Position numbers and translations under genes: made by a program. Below are positions 36,401 to 50,519 of a DNA stretch of 64,000 bases, one piece after another. Numbering within the stretch: position 1 is the first letter of the stretch; each line of letters starts with the position of its first letter. Below the pieces are notes generated by a model. That model was not told the DNA's origin and made no database searches. It saw only the letters and a program-made list of their open reading frames with translations. Origin of the DNA: Piromyces finnis finn (Eukaryota; Fungi; Neocallimastigomycota); assembly GCA_002104945.1 (NCBI GenBank), contig MCFH01000014.1, forward strand, positions 372,001 through 436,000. The letters run 5' to 3'.

Positions 36401-39400
36401 TTGTGTTCTACATTTGATAATACATGACTTAAATTGTTTTGAGATTCACTTTTTAACATAATATTTTCTGTAACCTGATTGATAATACTTTCTTGATCAA
36501 CTCTATTATTAAGTATTTGAGATTGTTTCAAGGAATTATTAGTATCAGTATTATGACGATTATGATTATTATTTTTATTATCATCATTATCATCTATTTT
36601 GTTTGAATTTATTGAATTCTCATCCGATATCCATTTACGTTTATTTCCATGATCATATTCTGAAAAATGTGCCTCTTGTGTTTTATCAGATGACATTTTA
36701 TATTCTAAATCTTTCATTTTAGCTTCATATTCTCTTTTCATTTCTTTTGAAAGTAAATTGATGGCATCTTGTTTAAGTTGTTCTTCATTTTCTTCTTCAT
36801 CTTTTATTTTTTGAAGTTTTTCATTTTCTTGTTCTTTCTTTTTTTGCTTTAAAATTTGCATATTCTTAAAAATTGCGATAAAGATAAATGAAGTAAAAAA
36901 AAAAATATATATTTATAAAAATAAAAAATTAAAAGAAAAAAAAATTAAATGATTAATAAATTAACGATTATCAATAAATTAAATTATTAGTGATATTTAA
37001 TATAGTTTACCTTTAATTCATTATAATACTTTTGTTTTTCTTTTTGCTTTGAAAGATTTTGTTGAAGTTTACTTTCTCTTCTTGTATGTAATCTTTGTTT
37101 TTCCTATTTTTTTTTTATTTTAATAAATAATTATTTTTAATTTATTAATCATTTATCATTTCAACTATTTAATTTAAAAAATAATCCCTATATATTTATA
37201 AAGATGGATAGATTGTAAATTAAAAGTGAATATAAAATCTATTTTTTTTTGAAAATTTACTTTTTTGTCTTCACTTAACATTTCTAATTTTTTTTGTTCT
37301 TCCAATCTTTTCTTTTCATTTTTTATGTTAGTGGTCATAATATGTATATTATTTTTTATCTCTGTTTCATAGATATTTAGTGACTGGTGTAATTTTTCTA
37401 TATTATTTTCATTAAATATCCAGTATATAAATGTTTTTGATTCTTTATAATTATAAAATAAGGGATGATCCGGACAGCATTCTTTTAACAATCTTAAACA
37501 TTTTCCAGAATGGAATAATTTTTCAGCAAGTTTTTCTGGTATAAAACTGGGTATTTGAATATTTATATCAATCTATTATAATATATATATAATTATTATT
37601 ATTATTATTATTATTGTACAAAATAAAATTATTTGATTTTAAATTATTTAATATCTTTAATATTATTAAAAATTTATTATAATTTTTTTTAGTATTTTTT
37701 TTTTTTTACCTGCCATTCATGTGTCCAAAATTGATCACCATTTTTAGACTCTTCTTCCGAAATTGAAGTGGATGTTTGTTTTTCGGATGGGGAGAGAGGT
37801 TCTATGTAGTGAATATAAAATTCATGATGATAATCATTTAAAGAGTAAAATTCATTATCACTTAAATTATCTAAACCAATCCACATTTTAATCCAATTAA
37901 AATAGAGTTCACTAGAATCTTTTAATAATGAATATATCACATATTTAAATAAAGTTTCTCTATAGGTCATTAAATTAGAAGAAAAATCGTAGATACAAGC
38001 GTTTTCATATAAAATAGAAAGTAATTGTGGTGATTTTATTTTTAAGGATTTAAAATCATCGGATGCCTATTTTTTAATTTTAATTATTAATATAAATATT
38101 TATTTTAAATGCAATGCTTTACCAAAAACTATTTTATTTATATAATAATGAAATAATATTATTTTTGACATACATTACATGCACAAAGGCGAGATAACAT
38201 ATTGATTTGATATATAAATTGCTTTAAAACATTATTTAATTCAAGAATATGAATTTTTTCAATGAGTTTAGAATTCATTAATCCAATAATACAGGCTCTT
38301 ACAAAAGAGAGGTAGGATGCCAAAGAATGTGAAAATGATATACCAATTAAACCATATATTCTTTTTTTTTTTATAGACAGGATTATTAAAAGAAAGACAA
38401 TAATAATTTTTAATACAGCATTAAAAAAAAAAAGAGTTTATTCTTTTAGCCATTACTATTAATATGTACATATATTAAATATTATAATATAAATATATTT
38501 ACTCTGGATTTGACTGATATATTTTTGTTAGTTTCTCTAATCTTTTAAAATTTGTTCCCATATCCAAGTAAGTTTGTATATATTTCGATAGACTTTGACC
38601 GTCACACCCAACAATTCTTAAATATTGAATTTTAATATTTTTTATTGAAAATTGTTCTTTTGAGGTATCATAGATAAAATTTCGTGATGATATACCAACA
38701 ACCATATTTAATATATCCTTTTTATCATCATCAAGATATTAAAAAAAAAAAAAAGTTAAAATGTTATAGATAAAAAAAAAATACTTTAATAATAACAGTA
38801 TTAATATTAATATTAATAGTTATTACTTTAATAAGATCTTTTTCTTCCACAATCTTATTATATTGTCCATAAGAATATTGATGATTGTAGTACCTTTTTT
38901 ATTCGTTATTATTTAATATTTAAAAATACTATTAGCTATTTATTTACTTTTTAATATTAATTTTATTATTGAAATGAAATTTTTTAAAAATGGTTTCTCT
39001 CTCTCTCTCTCTCTATTTACATACAATTGATAAACTTCTTCATATAAACTCAAATTCACTTCTGATAGATATGGCGATTGAAAAGGTATTCCATTATCAT
39101 AGGAGTAAACTTTATTATCTTTATCTTTTAAATCCCAATTATTTGATTTTGACTAATATATTTAAAAGTGTTTTATATTAATATTAATAAATACTTTAAA
39201 ACATATATATATATATTATATTTATAAAAAGATAAATTCATTTACAGTTAAAAATGCTTTTTTCTTTGGAATTTGATTCCATAATTGGTAATTATTACCA
39301 CTTTTATAAGCCTCCTTGTGTTCATTTTTCGGTTTATCCTTTTCTATATTATCATTGTAATTAGTATTTTTTTTAAAAGTAGTTGAAAAATTTTGAATGT

Positions 39401-39825
39401 TATTGAAGGTATTGGAAGATGTTGTTTTTAAACGATAATTATTTTTATTTGTATAAGGAAAAGATAAAATAGAAACAAAATCTGTTGGTTCTCGAGGAAG
39501 ACTTGGAAAATAAAGATGCGTGTTTTCTAAATCGTTATTAACTAAATATAATTATGTATTATAAATTGTGCCAATACATATATAAAATATTTTAAAAAGA
39601 ATTTTTTTAATAAAATAAACGTTTTAATTTCTATTTTTTTTTCTTTCTTTCTTTCTTTCTTTCTTTTTTTTTTTTTATCTATTTTAATATATATATATAT
39701 ATTCAATTACTTTCAAATTCACCAAAATATGAATGCTTTTCATTTTCATTTTTTATTTTTGAGAGAATTTCTAACAAATAGTAAGTAACCATGAAAACAA
39801 TTTATGTTAGTATATTTGAAATTTT

Positions 39826-39865
<40 letters not shown>

Positions 39866-40051
39866 CTTTAAAAATTGTAATTGCCAATAATAACTACCAT
39901 ATGAAGAAATATGATTTAATTCATTATTTTTCACATCAGGAATGTTTTCGAATAAATAATTTGGGTAATAATTATAGTATGAATTTTTTTCTTCTTTTAA
40001 TTCTTTGACCGTTTTTCTTTCATTATTATGTAAAAAAATTTCATTTGACAT
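33487..40051 (-). CDS. Gamma-tubulin complex component, GCP6-like (Spc97/Spc98 family); 5' end uncertain
   Basis: PSFIPEKLAEKLFHSGKCLRLLKECCPDHPL resembles the GCP6 GRIP1 segment; a coiled-coil and large low-complexity insert follow; GRIP2 pieces include SFYLMNDG, LNYTPKYPLNIQIT, KFRMEVINFVKQFSYYIHE and HHDYLKCILYRCFL. Confidence 0.8.
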
Positions 40052-41172
40052 TTTTGAAATTTATTTAAAAAAAAAAAAAATTCTCTTTTGATTCTTCTTT
40101 TTCTCTTTATTATCTCTTTTATTATAAAACTCACACCAGTGTATTTAAAATTTTGTATTTACTAATTATATATTGTTATATTTTAATATTTCTTTAAATT
40201 AGGTTAAAAAAATATTTATATATATAAATTGTGTCAAAAAGGAAATTAATAAAATTTCTGAAATTTCAACTATATTGTTTTTATGGGTATATTATATTTT
40301 AATATCTTGATATTATAAGTATGAAATTTAAAGTTTTTTTATAAAAAAAATAAAAAGAAAAATGTCAATCTGAAGATTAAAAATGCATTTCAAAAAAGTT
40401 ATTTTTAAAAAAAAAATGAAAAAAATAGAAAAAATCAAATTTTTTAAATTAATTCAAAAATTTTAATTTTTAATATGTATTAAAACATTTATAATTAAAT
40501 TTTTTTTTCTATTATCATTAAAAAAAAAAAAAGACATTTTTTCATAAACAATTTTACTCAAAAGTTATATATAAGAAAAAGAAGATGATGTTATTAACTA
40601 TTAGAATGAAATAAATAATTAAAATAAGATCAATATATAGGTATATAGATCAATTATAACTTTATTATTAGTTTATAAAAACAAAGTTACATAAGAATAA
40701 GAATATAAAAAAATCTCAAATAAAAAAAAAAAATTAACCCAATGTTAAGTAAAAAAAAAAAAAAACGAATTATAATTTCAATTATATCTTATAATTATTG
40801 TCTCTACTAGAATGAAATATTAATTATTTTTTTATATTTTAAAACAAAAAAAGTAGTTTTTTTTTTTTTTTTTTTACTTTACAAAAATAAGGAAAAAAAA
40901 AAGTGAATAATTTATATAATTAAAATTTGTGTAACCTATAAATTTTTTTTTTTTTTTAATTATTTTTATTTATATTATTGATAGAATAAATAAAAAATAC
41001 AACAATTAAAAGAAATTATTGATATATTGTTAAAATAACTTTATAATAACTTTATGAAATATATAATTCTTGCTTTTTTTTTTTTTTAAAAAAAAAAGAT
41101 AGTATATTAAAATTAAAAAATTAAAAATATATAAATTTTTTCCCTCTCCATTTTTTTTAATTTGCTCATCAT

Positions 41173-43721
41173 TTATCCTTGTAATATTTTCATTAGTTTT
41201 TCATGAGTTATAGGTTGGATTTCAATATAGTCAAGAAGTTTTACATTACCCTTGGTAATTATGGAATGATACCATTTAAAATTGAATTCATTAGCAACTT
41301 GTTCAGATCTCAATCTAATCCATTCTTTTAATCCCCATAAATTGAAATTGCTATGTTCATCTTCAATTTCACTATCAAAATCAGCAACACTAAAATTTTT
41401 TCCATTTTCTCCAATATGAAGATTATTTAATTTAGTAATCCATTCCATTTCTGGTCTTAATCTTTCAGCTAAAGTATCAATCTATTTATTGTAAATAGAA
41501 TTATTAATATATATATTTTATATTTTATTATTTTATAAATGTTATTATATTAAATATTACCTTATGATTCATTGTTACTGGGTTGAAAATATATTTAACA
41601 ATATTAATTAAGTATTCTTCAAACATTCCTTTGGTATAACCACTTTCAAGGAATTTAGTAATAGCAATACGATAATTAGAATCCTTGTCATAAATTCCCC
41701 ACATACGATCAACTAAAGTATTGTAGGATTCAGATGGAAATTTTTCCTCATATTCATTAACCTTGGAATTAATATGACTACCAAAAGTGTAAAGTGGTTT
41801 ATTTTCAAAGAAATAGTGTTTAATATATTTATTTGTGTGGGTACCTTCGTCAGTAATACGTTTTTCAATATTAATTTCAAGTGGATTACTGTATATAACA
41901 TAATTATTTAATAACATCCAATAAGAATTCCAATTTCCAGTTAAATATTGTACCTATTATATAGGTTTAATTTTTTTTTAAAAAAAAAAAATGAATAGGT
42001 TGAGTGTTAAATTTAAAAAACAAAATTAATTATAATTTCTATTATTATATTAAGTATTAATGATAAAAAAAATTCTTAATAACAATAACAATTATAATAA
42101 CAAAAAAAAAAACTTACAGCTAAAGATTTTAAAAATATTGGAATATCGAACCATTTTTTATTGAAAGCGCTAAGTTGTTCTAAATCATTTACATCTAAAT
42201 CATGAAGAGCTTTAGACAATCCATGTAAACCTTCTATTGCATTAAATTTTTTATAATCTTTAACTATCTTAAATTCATTATATAAAGTGGATGGTTTAGC
42301 TCCTTCAGTATAATAGAAATCAGATTTTGGGGAACCTAATATAATTGAACCAATGTTATTAGTACTATTTTTGTTAAATAAATTTATAAATCCTAAGAAA
42401 TGACTAATCATAAAATCTTCAGAAGTAGTATCTTCTTGTAAGATATAAAGTCCTCTTCCATTACCATTACCATCATATACTCTACATGGAACAGTTTTAG
42501 CAGATGGGTTTTCGATAGCTTGTAATATATCACTATAAATTAATTGATGCATTAAAGATGGATCAGTTTCAGTAGTACTAAAGAATAAAGTTTTTGTACC
42601 AAATAATCCTTGACCATCCAACTTTAATTTAAACGAAAAATTGTTATATTTTAAATCTCTACTTTCAGCTTCAATATTCTTTATATATATATATATATAT
42701 ATATTTAATTATTATAAAGAATTTAATTTTTTTTGTTATAATTGAATTTAAAATAAATTATTGAAATATGAAATATAAAAAAAGTTGTAAACATAATTAT
42801 ATTCATTATTATTAATAATATAATAAAAAAAAAATAGAATATAGGTAATAAAAATAATGTAATAAAATAAATAAAATTTAATAGAGTTATTAATATCTAT
42901 TTAATTACTTTTAATCTATATAAAACTAAAATAATATTAGTATATTAGTATAACTACCTGAAAGACGTGAATTGAATCTTTAAGGAAAACAGTTACTTTT
43001 TTCAATATGGTAGAATTACCAGATTTGAAAAAGGAACCATTAACATCATCAATAATAACAGTAGGAATGTAAGATCCATCAAATATTGATGATCTTTCCC
43101 CATTTTTTAACCATCTTCTTCTTATTGGGAAACCAAATTGAGGAATATTTTTTATTGTTATCTTTCTACCATATAATTCATTATAAGTAGTTGTTGTTGA
43201 TTTTGGTAATTTTCTTTCAAACTCTTCATGTATATCATCAACAATATAATGATATCTTGATTATATACATTTTTTTCAATAAAAGTAGATTATATGAAAT
43301 TTTATTGATATTATATATATAAAAAATAAAAAAAATAATTAATAATTATTATTTATAAAAGTTAAGACTAAATCGAAAAATATTAAAAAATAGTTTTTTT
43401 TTTTTCTTATAATAAAAATTTTATACTATTACTACAAATAACAAATATAATAATTTATTAAAAAAATTTTTTTTTTATTTTATATTTTATATTTGGGTAA
43501 TAATACTTTATATCTTCATCGTTTGATACATCTTCTAATATGATTGTATACAATGGAATGGATAAATCTGGTTTTACCATTTTATATTTTAAACCTTCAA
43601 CATCTAAATATACATTAAGAGCTTTAAAGGCAATGACATTAAATGTAACATCTCTACCATATACAATGGATATCCACCTCAATAGACATCCAAATAATAT
43701 AAAACTATCATATAATTTCAT
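41173..43721 (-). CDS. Secreted CotH-family protein (multi-exon), kinase motifs degenerate, no dockerin
   Basis: Signal peptide then RDVTFNVIAF; FERKLPKSTTTTYNELYGRKITIKNIPQFG; DPSLMHQLIYSDILQAIENP; GLYILQED; YLTGNWNSYW; IVKYIFNPVT; WGLKEWIRLRSE. Confidence 0.85.
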
Positions 43722-45051
43722 TTTATTTATTTTTTTTTAATAAATATCGTTCAATATATATATAATATATTTAAAAACAATAATATTAAGAAAGAAAAAA
43801 AAAAGTTTAAAAATATTAAAATAAAAAAATTAAAAAAATTTTTTTTTTCTTTTTTTTCTTTTTTTAAAAAAAAAGGATAATTTTTTAAAATAATAAATAA
43901 ATGAAAAATAATAATAATAATAATAACTTTCAAAAGAAAAATAGATAGATCAAGTTATTTAAAGTTAATTATTATTATTATTTTTTTTTTTTGATAAGCA
44001 ATTTATTTTACCAATTCAATTGAATTATTAGAATTTTTATAATTATATGATTTAAAGGGAACTGGGAGAAAAATTATACTTCACAAAGTACCAGCCAGTT
44101 TAATTATATTTGGTAATAAATAAAATTTTAAATTTAAATTGAACTTTAATTATGGTATAAAAGAAAATCATGACGATAATGTCATTAATATCATTAATAG
44201 TATGTAGTATATCCCAATAGACAATCATTTCTTTTATTGTTATTATTAATTGCAATTGTAATTTAAATTCTCCCCTTTAGTTCTTTATGGAAAACTCTTA
44301 TCATGTTTTTTTTTATCAAATATATATATATATATTATTTTGCTTCTACGATCATCCTAGAGTATTTTTATTGTTACAACCCTTCCTATTCAAACTTTTT
44401 TTTATTTTATTTTTTTTATTAGTAATGGACCATAAATATTTAGGATTTTCTTTTAACATATTGCACTAATTTTCATAACTTTTTTTTTTTTTATATTTTT
44501 ATTTTTATTATAAATATTGTTTTTAAAAAAAGAGGGTTTTAAATACTTATATAAACTATAATACATATTTTTATTTCATTAATATTAATTTTTATTATTT
44601 TTTTTTACTTTATTTTTCTTTTAAAAATAAAAATTTTTTTCCTAATAAAATAAAAATATTATATATAAAATTTACATTTTTTTTATTTTTTTTTTTTTAA
44701 TTAAAAAAAATTATTATAATTACTTTTTGTGTTTAAAAGTAATAAATTTCTTAAGATGTAAAAATAAACTTTTTTATTAGTTTATTTATGATACAAATTT
44801 ATTAGGTGTATTTTGTAATATTTTTTTATATCTATGGAATTGAAAAATAAAAATATATTTTTAATATATTTTCTTTATTCTATATTTTTTTTGTAGTTGT
44901 TATTATTATTTTAATTTATATATTATTATTTATGATTATTGATGTATTTAAATATATTTTAGTTTCTTGTATTTTTTTTCATAATCATAACTTTCACTTG
45001 AATATTCTCAAAATTTCAATTTATGTCCGCGTTTAATAATTTGTTAGTTGT

Positions 45052-47606
45052 TTATAAATTTAATTGTTCTTTGAATAATTCTTGAGCGTTACTGTTGACA
45101 AGATCAGCAGCACTCTTAATACCACACCATCCTCCAGCTGGTCTGGTAGCATCGTTTTCATACTTTTCTTCGTATCCGATAACACCATTTTCGAGGATGT
45201 AATCTAATTTATCAGATTCACAGCATGGTAAACCAAAGTCTTCAGCCCAGCATTTCTTGTTCTTAATAATACCACACCATTCCTTTGTGTCCTTAGTAAC
45301 ACCCCACCATCCACTTTCATCAATGTATTCAACAATACTTTCACCATTGTTACAGCATCTGTAACCAAGTTCTTCACTCCAACAAACCTTTTCTTCTTCT
45401 TCTTCAATAGCTTCAGCATTAGTAGCCCAAGCAAGAGGTGGATTTAACTTAATAGTCTTAGCTTCTGAGTCGCCCTTTTCAAAGCTAACCCAAGCAACTA
45501 AACGATCCTTACCTCTCTTTTCGAAAGCAATTTTGCTTTCATTCTTGTTCTTGTAAGCATTTTGTGGAAGAGTAATTGGAATCTTACAATCCTTTTCAAT
45601 AGACTTTGGTGAAATCTTAATAGCAGTAACATAATCACCTTCAATAACAGCAGACTTTTCAATATCACAGTAAGTAATTCTGTTGTATCTATCAAGATAT
45701 AATTGGGCTTGATCATCAAGCTTTAATGAAGTAACTGGCCAGTTTACAAATTTGGTGTATTTTTCAAGAACAGCATTACTCCATTTTTGAAGTAAACTTT
45801 CCTTTTCTTCAAGATCGTGACTACGAAGGTTAATTTGATGGAATTGGTGAGCTTCATTTCTTAAGCTTACCATTAAGTTAAGAGTACGGTCAACTTCATT
45901 GTTAATGAATCTTTCCCAAGTTGATTCACCAATTTCATCTTCGTATATAAGGTTGTAAATGTAAGTGTTTTCTTCAACAGTACTACTAGTGTAGTAAACT
46001 TCAGTTGGAGTACGTGGAATAATTGGGAATCCTTCATAGTTGCTGCTTTCCATTGTAGTAAAGAATGGTAAGTATGGGTTTTCTTGGTTAATAAGAGTTG
46101 GACGAGATAAATCACCAGTACCAGATTCAATACCGTACTTCTTAAAAACGTTGAGAGCATCAGCATTTCTTAAACCAGAAATTTGTGGAGTAACAATAGA
46201 TTTTCCGGAATAGTATGGTTTGTCATAGATATTTAAAAGCTTAGCCATTTCAATGTTAGTTTTGATTTCATTTTCAACATCAAAAGTAGTAGCTTCATCT
46301 AAGTTTTCGTGAGTAAAAGTGTGAGAAGACCAGAAGAAATTCTTACTGTTTTCTTCTTTATCGAAATAGGCAAATAAACTATCATTTTCAAGGAATTCCT
46401 TATCATATGAAAGAGTGTAGTTACCTTCTGGCCATCTGCTAACACCCTTTCCTGGAACTTTAACGTATTCAATATCACAATATCTTTCACCATCAACTTG
46501 AAGAGCAATAGCTGGATTAATGACAGCAAGAACACCATTACCATTGAATGCAATTTCACATTTAATAGATGAACCTTCTGGAAGCTTGTTAACAACAGTT
46601 TCTTGCCAGTTCTTTAAAATTTCGAAATCTTCAACAGTAGAACGGTAAGAGTTGTAGGTACTTTCTAATTCATTGGTTTCGTAATTTAAGAGACCAGTGG
46701 AAAGGAAAACATCATCGATATGTGGAGTAAAAGTAACACGTCTTTCACCAGCATATAATGAACGGGTAACCCATGAAATCCATAAGTGATTTAACATAAC
46801 ACTGTTAATAGACCAATCACCAAATGCAATATAGAAAGATAATCTTTCACCATCATCATTTTTAATGTAGGCAGCAACAACAGATTCTTCCTTAATTTCT
46901 TCATTTGGCTTTAAAGTAATGATTGGGGTTGCAATTTTATCATTTTCAATCTTACCTGGAACATGGTATAAACTATTAAGATAGTAAAATAAAATTTTTT
47001 ATTTAAAATAAAATTTATAATTTAATAATTTATTACAAACAAGTATACTCTATAATATTTTTTTAAATATACTTACCCTCTAGTATCAAGAGTAGCTGTA
47101 GATTTAACACCAGCTTCATTGAATATGGATTTAGCAACATCATTATCAGCCATAACCATTTCTTGAGTACTAGAAACACCCCAAATACTTGGATCAAAAA
47201 TAGATGTACCGAAATTAATACTTGGAGTATCATCAAGAGCTACAATTCTTACACCATATTTCTTTTGGTATTCATAAAGATAATCCCATTGCTTACTAGT
47301 TAAAATACTGTTCCATAATCCAGTATCTTCGAAATAAACTGTAAGATCACCATTACCAAGGACAACACCATAGTATTTTGGTTGGTTATCTTCAGTGTAT
47401 AATGGTAAGTCACCTTTAAGTGGGTTTTTATAATTGTATTCTAAATAATCATATTCAATGGAGTATGATTGAAGTGATTTTATTATTGAATCTGGGAAAC
47501 TTGTGGACAAAACTAAAAGTTTCATTCCAAGTTGGACTTCTGTTGCAAGACATCCAACAATAAAAGTAATAAAAGTTAACAAAATAGATTTATTTATAAA
47601 GTTCAT
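45052..47606 (-). CDS. Secreted Agd3/CE18-like polysaccharide deacetylase with two C-terminal fungal dockerins
   Basis: Signal peptide MNFINKSILLTFITFIVGCLA; one intron near 46975-47075 (RG/LYHVPG); YAGERRVTFTPHIDDVFL, FFWSSHTFTHENL, IVTPQISGL, IIPRTPTEVYY, AHQFHQINL; then two CW..xGYxCC...WCGI modules. Confidence 0.85.
45118..45384 (-). other. Tandem non-catalytic dockerin (CBM10-like) domains
   Basis: CWSEELGYRCC...WWGV..TKEWCGI (45268-45384) and CWAEDFGLPCC...GGWCGI (45118-45252). Confidence 0.85.
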
Positions 47607-50519
47607 TTTGATTTTTATTTTAATTAACAAGGAAATAAATATGTTATTTTTTGTATTTTATTTTTTTTTTTTTTTTTGATTTATTTGTGTTGAATTTTTT
47701 TTTTTTTTTTGTTAATAAATAATTGTTATATATATATATTATTTTATATTATATTATTGTTGTATTATAGTAATAGTATATTATAAATACTAAAACTATT
47801 CTTTTTATTAATACACAATAAGTAATTATAATGTCAACTTTTTTTTTAAAAAAATAAAAAAAAAGAAATTTATATATATAATTTAACAAAATTTTAAAAG
47901 TTTAAAATATGTTGAGAAATACTGCTTCTTTTATATGAATATTAATTTTTATATTCAATGATATATAAAATTAATAAATAATAAAATAAAGAAAAAAAAG
48001 CTTATTTATTAAGGAAGATTAGTGTTATTAAAAAAGTATATATATTTAACCCTATATACCATGTTATTTATTGATAATAAATTTAAGGATTAAGTAGAAT
48101 AGAAACGTTTAAAAGAAATAGTATATATCAATAATAAATTAATAATATAAATATTATTCTATTCTAATATATAATAATTTAATACAATAATAAATAAATT
48201 AAACAAGAGAATACGAAAAAACAAAAGAATTATTAAAATATAATGAATATAATAGGAAATTTTAATTTATTTTATAATAAATTAAATTAAATAATAAAAT
48301 ATTAATTTAGGTTATACAAAAATATAAATGAAAAAATTAATGTAATTTAATATATTTGAATATATTTATTTAATATATATTCATATATTATTCAAACATT
48401 TAAATTCTGAGATTTACAATATTAAATAGTATTAAAGTTTATATATATGAAATAAATTTCAACCTAAATAATATATTTTTTAATTATAAATCAATATAAA
48501 TCAATGAAATAAATAATTTCTACAATATATAAATAATATATAAAATCGAAAAAGATAATTAAATTTATAATATTAATATATTAGTTAATTAATAAATATA
48601 TAATTTCAATATAAAACAATAAAATTAGTATATTAATATCATTTCATTTTCAATATAAAATTTAATAAATTAATTTTTTTAAAGATATTGAAATAAACTT
48701 TTATTAATATATTATTATACAAAGAAATAAATTAAATTTTTATAATAAAATAATAACAATAAATTAAATATATTAATAAATTAATACATATAATAAACTA
48801 ATAATAATTTACATAGCATAATATTAATAAACAATAGTAAAGATAATCATTCTAAATTTTTTATACTATGGATTCAAGCGGGTTTCAATAGGCATGGTAA
48901 AATTATACTACCATTTTTAAATATTTCCTTAACGAAATGGCAAAGTCGATGTATTGGAATTTAATATTTAAGTATTTATTTTTTTTTCATTATTCATCCA
49001 TTTATATTTAAAATTAATTCATTATTTATTCGCTATATGGTAAAGATTAAAATAAGTCCTAGTGTATTAATAAACTTTTAACAAAGAATATCTTATCATA
49101 TGTATTAATTCTATTATAATTATAATGAATGGATATGCTATTCCTATTATTGCTGTTGCTATATAGAGTTCATTAATTGTATATATACTTTTCTTTTATT
49201 ATAAAGATTATTAGAAAGGGCTACTTTTTTAGTGGTAAAAAATAACAACAACTAAAATTGCTTAACATTTCTTCTTACTAATTTTTACTTCTTACAGCAA
49301 CAATAAGCAATAAAATTTTAATTTAAAGTACAATATATAAAGTTAATGTATTGGCATCTATTGAAATATATTAAATAATATAAAAACACAAGAACAATAT
49401 TTCATGCTTTGGAATGTTGAACGGAAGGTGTGTGTAGCGAAAGAATTAATAAAAGTAGAATAATTTTACTATTATATTATATTGAAAATAATAATAATTA
49501 AAGTTTAATTTTAAATTAAAAATAAATTTTATTTTATATAAAATAAATTAAAATTTTATATTAAATCAAAATATTCTTCAAAAAAAAATGAATGATTTTT
49601 TTTAAAAAAATGAAAAAGTAAAATTTCTATTTAATTTTTATATATTAATTTACGGCAAAAAAAAACCAAAAAAAAAAAAAAGACAAAAGTTTGCCATAAC
49701 AAAAATATATTTTATAAAAGAGAAACTCATTTAGTTTCTAATAATAATAATAATAGAGTTTTATGTTAACTAAATAAAAATAAAAAGATTATCTGAATAT
49801 TTTTAATCCCTATTTTATATTTTATTAATATGACATCATAATACATTCAAAATAATTAAAGTTTACTTTTTATCAAAATTCATGGCTTTTTCTTTCTATA
49901 CATTTTTTGTTTGTACAACAATAAAAAATACTATTTTCCTAACCTTTTAAATGCCTCCATTTTATATACCTCTATTTTTTTATTAATTAAAATTTTTTTG
50001 AATAACAATAATTATACCTGTGTTACCTAAATTATTATCCAATAATAAACAAGAAAAAAAAAAAGTAAATTGAAGAAATTTATATATATTTAAAAAAGTT
50101 CGATAATTTATTTGGAAGGTCGTTAATATATATTTCATTTGTAGGCCTAAAGTAACACTTTTTAATCAACACAATAGAAATAATAATAAATAAAATAATT
50201 GTTTATACTTATTTAATATAAATTCCTCTTGTGTTTTTAAAAAGAAGCTGATAATTTATAATTTCATTGATTTATCCTTTTTTTTTTTTTTGGATTTTTA
50301 TTATATAAATAGAGTTTCTATATTCTTAACACTTCTTTTCTTTTATATTCACTATTTTCATCACAAAATTCATAACTGAAGAAGTTACTATCAGTAGAAC
50401 AATGATAAGTATTTATTATTATTTATGTATACTTCATGTACTTATGCATTACTAATTAATTTAATCCAATATTGGATCATATGAAATCACTTTATTATAA
50501 ATTATTACATAGTTAGTTC

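Noticed and set aside
45204-46595. Extra minus-strand ORFs inside the deacetylase gene
   Set aside because: Alternate frames left open by codon bias.
49860-50420. Short minus-strand peptide-like pieces (YCCTNKKCIERK; YHCSTDSNFFSYEFCDENSEYKRKEV) left of the capping relic
   Set aside because: Too short and stop-ridden to assign; may be element remnants but unsupported.
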